Source: an uncultured Chloroflexia bacterium
Lineage (GTDB): Bacteria; Chloroflexota; Chloroflexia; QHBQ01; JADMIH01
Assembly: GCA_963797095.1 (NCBI GenBank)
Contig: CAWCNY010000005.1
Coordinates: 615,425 to 679,424 of the forward strand
DNA: 64,000 bases
Reading direction: 5' to 3'
Shown here: one piece after another, positions 49,801 to 59,167 of the stretch
How the letters are laid out: each line of letters opens with the position of its first letter
How positions within the stretch are numbered: the first letter of the stretch is position 1
Translations under genes and position numbers: made by a program
The notes under the pieces: generated by a model
Databases searched by the model: none
Told to the model about the DNA's origin: nothing
The model's input: only the letters and a program-made list of their open reading frames with translations

Positions 49801-51044
49801 AAGGCGGGCCGCCAGGCTTCCGGTATTGTTTCTCCGTAGTCTATTTCTATTGCGCCGAGGAAGGTGGCTAGGTCTTGGATAGCGTTAGCGATGGCTTTGC
49901 CCGTGGGGAGGTCTAGTGGTGCGTTCGGCTCGGCGTAGATGTTGTTGATGTTGAGGCGTTTGGTTTTGCGGTCCATTAAAGGGTCGATGCGACCTATGAG
50001 GCGGTCGTTGTGGAGGATGGGAAGGACATAATAGCCGTATTTGCGCTTGTCTTTGGGGACATAGATCTCGATACGGTACTCGAAGTTCCAGAGTAGCTCG
50101 GTGCGGGCGCGGTCGCAAATGAGGTTGTCGAAGGGGGAGAGGAGGGTGGTGCGGCCCTCCCATTCGCCGCGCTTGATTTGTTCGAGGAGGGGGAGGTCTT
50201 CGCTGTGGACGTACCAGGGGCCTGCCCACTTCTTGCCTTGCGCGCCCTCTCCGGTGATGTCAACCCGGTGAATGAGGCCATCTTTCTCCAATTCGGTAAG
50301 GACATGGGGGAGGTCCCAGTAGCGGTTGCGGGTGAAGTGCTGGAGGATATCGCGTTTGCGGGCGACTCCGAGGGCGCGGATGGCACGCTGAGCGGAGCGG
50401 GATACCGCTTCGTGGCGGGATAGCTCTTCGCGGGGGGTCCAGTCGGGGAGGACACGCTCGGTGAGGTCCCAGTAGCGAAGCTGGCTGCGGCGCTCGGCTA
50501 CCATGATGATGCCCTGCACCCAGAGGAAATCGAGCATACGGTTGATGTTGCGGTCGTTGGTCCAACCACTGGACCACCAACTGACGGTGGCTTTTTCCTC
50601 GAAGTCTTTGGAGGAGAGGGGACCACGCTCTTGAAGGGAAGACATGACGGCATCGAGAAGGGGCTGGTTGTCTTTCATCCATTTACGGATGGAGACGGAC
50701 CATCCCTGTTCGGCGGTTTGGTGATGGCGCATCTGGAAGCTATGAATGGGGTAGTCTTCGGTGGTGACGATGGCGGCGGCGTGGGCGAAGTATTCGAAGG
50801 TGGAGCGGTCTTGCCAGAGGAGTTGGTCCCAGATGGCGGGGTCGTAGGTGCCGAGTTGGCTCCAGGGCACCAGGAGGTTGGTGCGGGCTACAGCACTGAT
50901 GGGATCTAGCTGGACGCATCCGAGGTCGCGGACGAGGTCGAGGAGACCTTCGGCGGTGGGTGCAGGGCGGGAACCTGCGAGGCGCTGGCGGGTGACGGCG
51001 AGGCGGCGAGCGGTGGTGGGGGTGATGGGAAGGGGCTTGTTCAT
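49791..51044 (-). CDS. Winged-helix DNA-binding protein of the YcaQ/AlkZ-like (DUF1006) family (putative crosslink-repair DNA glycosylase)
   Basis: Similarity is family-level across the length (QLDPI...NLxxP...). The start may be at 51086. Confidence 0.7.
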   Translation of the reverse strand: MNKPLPITPTTARRLAVTRQRLAGSRPAPTAEGLLDLVRDLGCVQLDPISAVARTNLLVPWSQLGTYDPAIWDQLLWQDRSTFEYFAHAAAIVTTEDYPIHSFQMRHHQTAEQGWSVSIRKWMKDNQPLLDAVMSSLQERGPLSSKDFEEKATVSWWSSGWTNDRNINRMLDFLWVQGIIMVAERRSQLRYWDLTERVLPDWTPREELSRHEAVSRSAQRAIRALGVARKRDILQHFTRNRYWDLPHVLTELEKDGLIHRVDITGEGAQGKKWAGPWYVHSEDLPLLEQIKRGEWEGRTTLLSPFDNLICDRARTELLWNFEYRIEIYVPKDKRKYGYYVLPILHNDRLIGRIDPLMDRKTKRLNINNIYAEPNAPLDLPTGKAIANAIQDLATFLGAIEIDYGETIPEAWRPAFQE

Positions 51045-51132
51045 GGGGAGATTATAGCATGTATGTTCTATCTTTTCTACGGCCAAATGGGCGTTGGTTC
51101 CAAAGTAAGCTGATCTAGCGGGGTAGGGTGGC

Positions 51133-53340
51133 TTAGCGGGCGCTTTGGCCTGAGGTGGTGCCTCTGTAGATTGTGTAGCGGGGTTGTTGTTCGGCTATTT
51201 TGTAGAGGGATTGGAGGGTTTGGGTGGTGGCGGGGGAGAGGCGGGCGAAGCCACGCTCGTGGACTACTATGAGGGAGACAAGGGTGGAGCGTTCGAGGAA
51301 GTCGGCCTGGGGGATGGGGCTTCGCATTACGGCATAGGGGTCGTCGCCGTGGTCGCCGCGCAGAGAGGAGTCGATGAGGTCGCCCCAATCGCGGGTGTCG
51401 AGGCTGAGGCCGAGGTAGATCATGTGGCCGTAGCTGTCGATCAGGTAGCCGGTGGAGGGGGAATAGCTGGGTGGACGGGCTGAGAGTATGTTGAACTGCT
51501 CGTCGGAGGAGAGGACGGACGAGCCGGGAGGGACGGCGTCGTTGACGTAGCGGGCAACAATCTCGAAGATGTGGTCTTCGCAGTGGGGGCAGTCGCGGGT
51601 GGTCATGCCGGTCCATTGGAGAACGATGAGGGGTGAACCTACCAGGAGGAGAACCACGAGAGGGGTGAAGGTTGTTAGTAGGGAGGTGCGTCGGGCAGAA
51701 GCGGGAGGCCGAGGGTGAGCAGAGGTGCGGGACGTGAGGCGGCGGAGGAGTCCGGGGGTGAGGCTCAGGCCGGCAGCGAGGATGCAGAAGGGGGCGGCTA
51801 GCTGGATGTAGTAGTGCTGGTAGAAGGAGCGGCTGTAGGTGAAGAGGATGAGGCTGAAGAAGGCCCAGAAGATGGCGACGCGCCAGGGGCCGAGGGAGCC
51901 GCGCAGGTTGGCCCACACCCAACAAGAGAGGACTATGAAGCCGAGAGCGGCCAGGAGCGGGGTGAGGGCGTTGGCGAGGCTGGAGGTTAGGTCGCCTATG
52001 CGGGCGGGGGTATCGACCTCGCCGTCGCTGGGGCGGAGCATCTGGAAGAAGAAGACCATGCGGATGAACTGGGAGGGGGCGATGATGAGGAAGGGGCCGA
52101 CGACGACCAGGAAGGAGGCTAGAGCGCCAAGGATGAGGGAGATGAACGAATTCTGGATTTTGGATTCTGGATCTTGGATCTTGGATTTGTTGGTGCCGAG
52201 TTCTGAGTTTGAAGTGGGGAGTGGGGGATCTGGGTCGTCTTGGGTAGGGGTTAGGGTGGAGGGTTGGATGGGGGTGGTGCGGCGGGTTTCTAGCCAGAGC
52301 CAGATCATGTCGGCTAGGATGGCGAGGAGGCAGGCCAGGCCAGCTATTTTGGTGAGGGCACTCAGGGCGGCCAGGACGCCGACGAGGAAGAATCCGAGGC
52401 GCGGGGTGCGGAGTTTGGAGTGCGGAGTGCGGAGTGCGGAGTGCGGAGTGTTTATTCTGTTGTTTGTTAGGGTGGGGCGGACCAAGATGTAGAGGAGAAC
52501 GGCGGCGCATGATAAGAGGACCAGGGGGCCTTCCAGCATTATCTTGCGGTTGATCTCTACTACTCTGCCGTCGATGGCCCAGAGGCCGCCTGCCAAGGCG
52601 CCGCCCCAGAGGCCTGCAAGGAGATAGCCTATGCCGAATAGTAGGGCCAGGGTTATCAGGCTGTAGGCGACGGAGAGGTAGCGCGCGATCATGAAGGAGG
52701 TGGGACTTCCCCATTCGGTGAAGTGGTAGGCCATGGCGGGAGCGTAGGCAATGGCGGCGATGGGAGGGTGGGCGAAGAAGTAGTCGCGATAGGGGAGGAT
52801 GCCTTGCAGGAAAAGCTGGGAAGTGCCTGCATAGACGCCTTCATCGTCGTAGGGATAGCGGCTGATGCCGTAGTTCTGGGGCCATAGCTCGACCATGCGG
52901 CCAATGCCACCAATGAGGATCAGCACCAGGAGCAGGGCAAGCGGAATCCAGCGTGATAGGCGTGGGCGTGTGGCTGGTTGGAGTGGGTGTGGAGGTTGGT
53001 CGTCAGGGGTGGGGAGTTTGTTGGAGATGAAGCGGGTCGAGAGGAGGGCAGCGCCGAGGAGCCATGCGGCCCAGGCCAGCCAGGGGCGGGCGTCGTAGTG
53101 AGCTTCGAGGGGGGAGAGGATGCCGAGTTGGAGGGGGGCGTCCCAGGCGACGCTGCCACCGAGCCAGCCGGAGATGCCTTCAATAAGGAGGGACAGGAGG
53201 CGCAAGTTGATGGCGACGCCTAGAGCGCCATAGGCAATCAGGATCGCTGAGATGTAGGGGACGAAGCGGGCAAAGTAGCCTGTTAGGGGCAGGCTGTACT
53301 TCTGCGATTGCATGGAGGGATTGTCGCAGAAGCACAGCAA
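51133..53340 (-). CDS. Glycosyltransferase family 39 / ArnT-PMT-like membrane glycosyltransferase
   Basis: A multi-transmembrane N-terminus with a PMT_2-like region is present (YPYDDEGVYA...). Two in-frame heptamer-repeat-derived inserts are present (HSALRTPHSKLRTP and KIQDPESKIQN). Confidence 0.75.
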   Translation of the reverse strand: MLCFCDNPSMQSQKYSLPLTGYFARFVPYISAILIAYGALGVAINLRLLSLLIEGISGWLGGSVAWDAPLQLGILSPLEAHYDARPWLAWAAWLLGAALLSTRFISNKLPTPDDQPPHPLQPATRPRLSRWIPLALLLVLILIGGIGRMVELWPQNYGISRYPYDDEGVYAGTSQLFLQGILPYRDYFFAHPPIAAIAYAPAMAYHFTEWGSPTSFMIARYLSVAYSLITLALLFGIGYLLAGLWGGALAGGLWAIDGRVVEINRKIMLEGPLVLLSCAAVLLYILVRPTLTNNRINTPHSALRTPHSKLRTPRLGFFLVGVLAALSALTKIAGLACLLAILADMIWLWLETRRTTPIQPSTLTPTQDDPDPPLPTSNSELGTNKSKIQDPESKIQNSFISLILGALASFLVVVGPFLIIAPSQFIRMVFFFQMLRPSDGEVDTPARIGDLTSSLANALTPLLAALGFIVLSCWVWANLRGSLGPWRVAIFWAFFSLILFTYSRSFYQHYYIQLAAPFCILAAGLSLTPGLLRRLTSRTSAHPRPPASARRTSLLTTFTPLVVLLLVGSPLIVLQWTGMTTRDCPHCEDHIFEIVARYVNDAVPPGSSVLSSDEQFNILSARPPSYSPSTGYLIDSYGHMIYLGLSLDTRDWGDLIDSSLRGDHGDDPYAVMRSPIPQADFLERSTLVSLIVVHERGFARLSPATTQTLQSLYKIAEQQPRYTIYRGTTSGQSAR
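52140..52192. repeat. Heptanucleotide repeat (GGATTTT/GGATCTT variants, ~5 units) inside the GT39 ORF
   Basis: The run is ttctggattttggattctggatcttggatcttggatttg. Confidence 0.85.
52395..52450. repeat. Heptanucleotide repeat (GCGGAGT, ~5 units) inside the GT39 ORF
   Basis: The run is gcggagtttggagtgcggagtgcggagtgcggagtgcggagtg, encoding HSALRTPHSKLRTP on the minus strand. Confidence 0.85.
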
Positions 53341-53354
53341 GCTGTCAAATGCGG

Positions 53355-54446
53355 TTATTTGGAGATGGTTACGCTGCCTAAGCCTGCGTGAACTGTGAGA
53401 TCGAGTTTGTCAGTGGCATCGGAGTAGCCTCTTGTCACCCACTCGCCGTCACCCTGTTTGATGAAGCGATCATCTACGGAGGAGTTGCCTATGCCGGTAT
53501 TGAGGGAGAGGTGGGCTTGCACGCCATCGGGGATGTGAATTTCCAGATTGCCTATGCCGCCGTCAATAGTTGCAGAGAGGTTGCCTTGTGGGTGAGGAAA
53601 TGTGACCGAGGTGTTGCCCGTACCGCTTTGGATAGCGAGATCGGTGAGGTTGAGATTGCCGAGATCGAGGGTGCCGTTGCCAACGCCAAGATCTGCGTGG
53701 AGGGAGGTCGGGAGGTCTGGGCTGAGGTGGATGTTCCAGTGAGGAGACTGGGCAGGGCGGAACCAGCCGAAATTGAACCCGTGCTGGTCAAACTCGCTGA
53801 GCATAAGTGCAATCTGGTCGCCTTTTGTGTTGACATCGGCCTGAGGGGCATCGCTGTTGGCATAGTAATCGAGGGAACCGGAAGCGAGGCTTTCATTGTT
53901 GGCGGAGCCATCAACGTTTAGGTCACCAAGACCGAAGTCGATCTCGACGCTGGCCGAGCGGGCGCTGTTGAGGGGGATATTCAAATTGTAGGCTGTCAGG
54001 TCGCCACGAGTGGCGAAGCCTGCGTAGAGGATGATCGCGCCGCCCACGCCTAGCACGAGCAAGATGAGAAGGAGAGAGAGGAGGGGCCTGCGCCTGCCGA
54101 TGATCAGGTCGAGGCCAACGGCGATGAGCGCGAGGGGCCACAAGCGCCAGAGGTCGGCCCAGATGCCCCAGGGAAGGATGTCGAGATTGTTGAGGAGCAA
54201 GACGACGCCCGCAGCGATCAGGATTACGGGTCCGGCCATTGGGGTGCCCATATGGCGTCGCGGAGGCACGGGCTGCACATAAGAGGGTTGGGGCGGTGGC
54301 AGGGGTTGCGCTCCCTGCGGTTGGTAGGGAGGGATGGGAGGTGGATAATTACCTGTAGGCTGGGTCGGTGCGCCCGTGGGGTTGTAATCGTTTCGGCGGG
54401 CGGACTCCGGCGCGTCGGAAGGTTGGTTTGATGGGGCCTCGTTCAT
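53355..54446 (-). CDS. LiaF-like / DUF2154 envelope-stress protein: Pro-rich N-terminus, transmembrane helices, and a beta-rich toastrack-like C-terminal domain
   Basis: The domain order is Pro/Gln-rich N-terminus, two transmembrane helices, then repeated (D/N)LxV/GxGN beta-strand motifs ending in GLGSVTISK. Confidence 0.65.
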   Translation of the reverse strand: MNEAPSNQPSDAPESARRNDYNPTGAPTQPTGNYPPPIPPYQPQGAQPLPPPQPSYVQPVPPRRHMGTPMAGPVILIAAGVVLLLNNLDILPWGIWADLWRLWPLALIAVGLDLIIGRRRPLLSLLLILLVLGVGGAIILYAGFATRGDLTAYNLNIPLNSARSASVEIDFGLGDLNVDGSANNESLASGSLDYYANSDAPQADVNTKGDQIALMLSEFDQHGFNFGWFRPAQSPHWNIHLSPDLPTSLHADLGVGNGTLDLGNLNLTDLAIQSGTGNTSVTFPHPQGNLSATIDGGIGNLEIHIPDGVQAHLSLNTGIGNSSVDDRFIKQGDGEWVTRGYSDATDKLDLTVHAGLGSVTISK

Positions 54447-54472
54447 AGGTTTGCCTCTACCTAATGAATAAG

Positions 54473-54490
54473 GGCGAGACACGCTCGCCC
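54473..54490 (-). terminator. GC-rich hairpin (GGGCGAG-acacg-CTCGCCC) downstream of the pspC-like gene; possible intrinsic terminator
   Basis: A 7-bp perfect stem is followed, on the minus strand, by TTATTCATT. Confidence 0.4.
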
Positions 54491-54509
54491 CTACCACTAC
54501 AATATCATA

Positions 54510-55067
54510 TTACGCTCTGCGGCGGGTGAGCAAGAGCACGCCCAGGCCGATCAAGAGGAGAGGCCACCAGGCCCAGACGAGCCAATGGAATACGCCGATC
54601 TTCGATAGCAAGAAGAAGCCGCCAACACAGATCAAGATGAGGGGAAGTATCCCGTACCTGGCACTGGACCCTGAGTAGGGATGTGCGCTGGGGCCACCGT
54701 TGGTGACAGGTCCACCGTTAGGGCCACCGTTGGGAGCGCCGTTCGTGGTGGGAGTGGGATTGCCGTTGGTGGGGGTCGCTCCACCGTTGCCGCCGTAGCC
54801 GCCGAAAGTGCCGCGCACTCGCGCACCCATATCATCGAGGTTCTCGCGGACTACATCGCCGGCGCTGGAAGCCGTGCTGCCGGCGGTGGGGATCAAGAGC
54901 CACATGGCGAGATAGGCAAGAATGAAGCCGCCACCTGTGAAGAGGGTCAGGAGCACGAATACGATCCTGATGATGGTGGGGTCGATCTTGAAATAGTTGC
55001 CAAGCCCGGAAGCCACTCCGCCAAATATGGCCTCACTGGTGCTTCGATAGAGCTTATTGCCGTTCAT
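54510..55067 (-). CDS. PspC-domain membrane protein
   Basis: The N-terminal PspC domain is present (LYRS...IFGGVASGLGNYFKIDPTIIRIVFVLLTLFTGG). A Gly/Asn/Pro-rich linker and C-terminal transmembrane helices follow. Confidence 0.8.
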   Translation of the reverse strand: MNGNKLYRSTSEAIFGGVASGLGNYFKIDPTIIRIVFVLLTLFTGGGFILAYLAMWLLIPTAGSTASSAGDVVRENLDDMGARVRGTFGGYGGNGGATPTNGNPTPTTNGAPNGGPNGGPVTNGGPSAHPYSGSSARYGILPLILICVGGFFLLSKIGVFHWLVWAWWPLLLIGLGVLLLTRRRA

Positions 55068-55183
55068 CTAATAACTCCTCCTGAATGTCGCTCACGTGAT
55101 ACGTGATTTCTTGTTGCCCTGGTAAGCGGGAGCCAGGTCTTGTGTTTCGTTCCTCAGTCCTCAAGCCTCAAATGCCTGTTGGT

Positions 55184-55384
55184 TTATACGGTAGGGTTGC
55201 GAGGTATTACTACGCTTAGGATGATGTAGATTATGAATACCGGGAACAGGCCGGTCACAAACGCCAGCAAGATGGTGATCAGGCGCACGATGGTGGGATC
55301 GAGGTTGAAGTACTCGCCCAGACCACCACACACGCCGGAGATCATAGCGTCCCGGTTGCTGCGGTAGAGCCGCTTGTAGTCCAT
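55184..55384 (-). CDS. Small PspC-domain protein
   Basis: The PspC domain is present (LYRSNRDAMISGVCGGLGEYFNLDPTIVRLITILLAFVTG). Confidence 0.7.
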   Translation of the reverse strand: MDYKRLYRSNRDAMISGVCGGLGEYFNLDPTIVRLITILLAFVTGLFPVFIIYIILSVVIPRNPTV

Positions 55385-55477
55385 ATCTCATGCCCTCCTT
55401 TCGAACGATGTTTGCCATTCTGTCTGGTCTTCATTGTTAGTTACGTGGCGGGGTGGGGGAAGGTTTCAGGGTGTTGG

Positions 55478-55548
55478 TAGTTGGGTATAGTTCCTGGTTC
55501 CTGGTTCCTGGTTCTGACTACCGGCTACCGGCTACCGGCTACCTGCTT
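55478..55548. repeat. Compound heptamer array (GTTCCTG x4, then GGCTACC x3) abutting the left end of the IS element
   Basis: The run is agttcctggttcctggttcctggttctgactaccggctaccggctaccggctacctgc. Confidence 0.9.
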
Positions 55549-55554
55549 CTACTC

Positions 55555-57490
55555 CTGTAGTTTGAGATCCACTGATCATTCGCGCAAATGAGAGAGGAAA
55601 TTCGAAGAGGCTGATGGCAATGATGGCAATGTGGTAGCATCCAATCTATGCTACCAGATAGTAACTCTACCACCCTGACCAATGAACAGGTCAACAGCGT
55701 CCCCTTCTTGCTTGGGTTGATCGAGGACCTGGGCATTGGCTCTCTGATTGACGCCCATGTGCGTCCTCACGGCCATTGGCAAGGGGCCAGCGTGGGCACG
55801 CTCGTCACTATCTGGCTGGCCCACATCCTCAGCGAACGCTCCCATCGTCTCGTTGCCGTTCGTGACTGGGCTGCTGCCCGTGCCCATACCATCGAAACCT
55901 TGCTGGGCATAGAATTGCGCCCTACTGATTGCACCGACGACCGCCTGGCCAATGTCCTCTCCATGCTTGGCTCTCCCTCCACCCAATCTATCCTTGATTC
56001 TGCCCTCACCCATCGCTGGATACATGGATCCGCCTCTACCGCTTGCCCTCTGACACCATCCGCCTGGACAGCACCTCGGTCTCCGTCTACCACGACTTTG
56101 ACCCCGCTGAACAGGGTATCTTGCTGCAACGAGGCCACGGCAAAGCCACGGCAAAGCCAAAGCAAGGATAATCGCCCCGACCTCGCTCAGTTCAGAGTGA
56201 TGCTTGCCTCGCCGCCTCCCTCGACCCGCTTGGGCTGCCCCTGTGCTGCCAGACAGTGAGTGGCAACCGCGCCGATGACCCCTTGTACATTCCCGCCTAG
56301 GAAGCGGCAGTTGGGGCTGTAGGCACTCGCGATGTGCTGGTGGTAGGTGATTGTAAGATGGCTGCACTCGAAACGCGAGGATACATGGCCGCGCACAACA
56401 GCCGTTACTTGTGTAGGCTCTACGCTCCATGGGCTGCCCGTGAAATTGCAGGGTGGGTGGAGAGCGCCCTCGAACCTGAGCGTCGAGCCAATTGGGAGTG
56501 GGAGTGGGAGTGGGAATCGCTGGAAGTGGTAGATACGCGCACCGGGGAAATCCGTCTGGTGAGCGAGGTAGATACCCACCAACGAGCGCAGAGTTGGGTC
56601 GATCCATCGAGCGGGCGAAGAGTAGAGTGGAGCGAACGAGTGCTGTTGGTGCGCAATCAAGGGTACTGGCTCAAGGAACGAGCCAATCGGGAGCGTGCCC
56701 TGGACAAACTGGTGGCAGAGTTGGGCAAGTTATGCCTTGTACCAGGTGCGGGGCGAGGCCGACGCCGGTACGGCAGCAAAATGGAGTTGGAAGCAGAAGT
56801 TGTCAAACGGATAGCGGCCGCGGGATTCGAGGGAGCGGGAGTGGTAAGGGCACCTGTGATAGAGGTAGAGACAGAGACAGAGACAGAGACGGTAGCCGGG
56901 CGGCCCTACTGGGTGGTTGAGCAGGTTATGGTGGAGGGAACAGCATGGGAGAGGTATGTGGATCGACTAGGGTGGCAAGTCTGTTTGACAAGCACAACAG
57001 CCGAGCAGTTGAGTACAAGGCAGGTGTTAGAGACATATTATGGGCAGGTAGTGCACGAGCGGGATTTTGCCCGGCTCAAGAGCCGAGCGGTGCATATCCG
57101 ACCGGTGTATGTGCGAGATGAGCAACGGATCGCAGGGTTGGTGTGGCTGCTGATGGTGGCATTGCGGGTGCTGGTGATGACCGAGCAGCGCCTACGAGCA
57201 GAGTTGGCCAGGCGGGGAGAAAGCTTGGGAGGCTTGAATCCGGCAAGCCGCACACAGCGAACGGTGCGACCGACCACAGAACGTGTCCTGGATGCATTTG
57301 CGGAGATAACGCTGACGCGCTGGCAGGGAAAAGGTGGGCGATGTGGAGGACATGTCACATCTCTGAACGGGACGCAGCAGCACATCCTCGCCCTGTTGGG
57401 GTTGCCACCGGACCTGTATGATCGACTGGCTCATTCTCCTCCTTATTTTGCTGTGGGTTTGTGCGAATGATAAGTGGATCTCAGCTGTAG
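55555..57490 (+). mobile_element. IS1634-family (IS4 superfamily) insertion sequence with a frameshifted transposase and ~30-bp imperfect terminal inverted repeats
   Basis: The left end reads CTGTAGTTTGAGATCCACTGATCATTCGCGCAA. The reverse complement of the right end reads CTACAGCTGAGATCCACTTATCATTCGCACAA. Internal ORFs encode a DUF4277-like N-terminus and a DDE C-terminal region. Confidence 0.75.
55648..57470 (+). pseudogene. IS1634-family DDE transposase, split into at least two frames (55648-56259 and 56334-57470)
   Basis: The N-terminal motif VPFLLGLIEDLGIGSLID...W.GASVGTLVTIWLAHILS is recognisable. The C-terminal block is YYGQVVHERDFARLKS...IAGLVWLLMVALRV. The reading frame is lost around 56000-56330. 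Confidence 0.7.
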
Positions 57491-57554
57491 TCCCTTGACA
57501 ATAGGGGCTGATTGGGGTACTAAATATGGGAGTACAATGAAATAGGAAGTAAAG

Positions 57555-57858
57555 GCAACGACGGAGAGAGTAGGTTGGGCGGTCGCGCCCAGGGAGGGTA
57601 TGGCCGGAGACTGTGAGCCAGCCCCGTTGAACCCGACTGAAGTTCACTCCTGAGCCGGCAGGTGAAAGGCTTCTCTGCTGCGTAGCGCGTACTGCTTACT
57701 GCGTAAGGCGGTTGGGAAGTTTGGTAGTTTGCCCCGGTTGCTCGCCGTTATTGAGTTTTGAGCGATCCACCTTCGCTAGGTGAGGGGTTGGATCGAAATC
57801 AGGGTGGTACCACGTGGCCGCGCTTCGTCCCTGGCGAGAGCGCGGTTTTTGTTTGGAC
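57555..57858 (+). promoter_or_regulatory. T-box riboswitch leader (Phe-specific) with an intrinsic terminator, upstream of pheS
   Basis: Stem I has an AGAGA/AGTA motif at ~57563. The specifier loop contains UUC followed by A at 57643-57646. The conserved T-box sequence AATCAGGGTGGTACCACG lies at 57797-57814. A GC-rich stem at 57817-57846 is followed by TTTTTGTTT. Confidence 0.75.
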
Positions 57859-57861
57859 GGA

Positions 57862-57950
57862 AGGTGGCGAGTGGCGAGTGGCGAGTGGCGAGCGGCGAGC
57901 GGCGAGCGACGAGTGACGAGTGACCAGGAACTAGGGACTAGGGACTAGGA
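57862..57950. repeat. Compound heptamer array (GGCGAGT/GGCGAGC ~8 units, then ACTAGGG/AACTAGG ~3 units), between the T-box terminator and the pheS start
   Basis: The run is ggcgagtggcgagtggcgagtggcgagcggcgagcggcgagcgacgagtgacgagtgaccaggaactagggactagggactaggaact. Confidence 0.9.
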
Positions 57951-57988
57951 ACTTTCGTCCTTCGTCCATCGTCGTCAGGGGAGGTGTT

Positions 57989-59065
57989 ATGAGTAGTTTG
58001 CAGGAACAGATTGAGGAAGCCCGGCGGGAGGCGCTTGCTTCGCTTGGTGGCGTGTCGGATAGCGCGGGGCTGGAGGAATGGAACCGCGAATGGCTTGGGA
58101 AGAAGGGGCGGCTGACGGCGCTGTTCAGGGGCGTTGGCGGGCTGCCCGCAGAGGAGCGCGCAGGTGCAGGGCAAGCTATCAATGCCGCCAAGGCCGACCT
58201 TGAGGCGGCTTATCAGGGTGCGCTGGAGACGATCAGCGCGGGGGAGCGCGAGAAGCGGTTGGAGGCCGAGGCGGTAGATATCACGTTGCCGGGACGGCCT
58301 GTGCATGCGGGGCATTTGCATGTGATCACGCAGACTGCGCGCGACATATTGAAGGCTTTTCGAGATATGGGGTTCCAGGTGTACGAGGGGCCGGATATCG
58401 AGCTTGAGGAGTATAACTTCCAGTTGTTGAATATACCGCCGGAGCACCCGGCGCGCTCGATGCAGGATACTTTCTATGTTGACGACCGGTTGCTGGGCAT
58501 GAGGCCACCGGGGGCAAGTATGGACGAATTGCCGCCGGCGGTGTTGAGGACGCATACTTCGCCCAATCAAATACGGATGATGCGCAAGATCGCGCCACCG
58601 CTCAGGTTGATCGTGCCGGGGAAGTGCTATCGCTCGGAGGCGACGGATGCCACGCACGAGGCGTACTTCACGCAGGTGGAGGGGCTAGCGGTCGATAGGA
58701 ACATCACGCTGGCCGATTTGAAGGGAACGTTGGCGGCGTTCGCCCGCGCCATGTTCGGGTCGGACAGGAAGGTGCGGTTCAGGTGCGACTATTTCCCTTA
58801 TGTGGAGCCCGGGGTGGATTTGGCGATCAATTGCATCAATTGCGATGGGTCGGGGTGCAGGTCGTGCAAGTACACGGGCTGGCTGGAGATCATGGGGGCG
58901 GGGATGGTGCACCCGCAAGTGCTTCTGAACGGGGGGATCGACCCGGACGAGTACAGTGGGTTCGCGTTCGGCATGGGGCCGGAGAGGATCTCTATGCTGA
59001 GGCATGGGATTGATGACATCCGGTTGTTCTATTCGAATGATTTGAGGTTTCTGCAGCAATTCTGA
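57989..59065 (+). CDS. pheS: Phenylalanine--tRNA ligase alpha subunit
   Basis: Class II aaRS motifs 1-3 are present (e.g. FRCDYFPYVEPG, GFAFGMGPERI). Confidence 0.95.
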   Translation: MSSLQEQIEEARREALASLGGVSDSAGLEEWNREWLGKKGRLTALFRGVGGLPAEERAGAGQAINAAKADLEAAYQGALETISAGEREKRLEAEAVDITLPGRPVHAGHLHVITQTARDILKAFRDMGFQVYEGPDIELEEYNFQLLNIPPEHPARSMQDTFYVDDRLLGMRPPGASMDELPPAVLRTHTSPNQIRMMRKIAPPLRLIVPGKCYRSEATDATHEAYFTQVEGLAVDRNITLADLKGTLAAFARAMFGSDRKVRFRCDYFPYVEPGVDLAINCINCDGSGCRSCKYTGWLEIMGAGMVHPQVLLNGGIDPDEYSGFAFGMGPERISMLRHGIDDIRLFYSNDLRFLQQF

Positions 59066-59069
59066 TTGG

Positions 59070-59100
59070 AATGGCGAGTGACGAGTGACGAGTGACGAAT
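59070..59100. repeat. Heptanucleotide repeat (GACGAGT, ~3-4 units) in the pheS-pheT spacer
   Basis: The run is ggcgagtgacgagtgacgagtgacgaatg. Confidence 0.85.
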
Positions 59101-59167
59101 GCTGGCACTTGATGCGTGATGTGGGAGTAGGGTTGTTGCTTGCTGATTACTTGTTGGGAGGAAAGAT

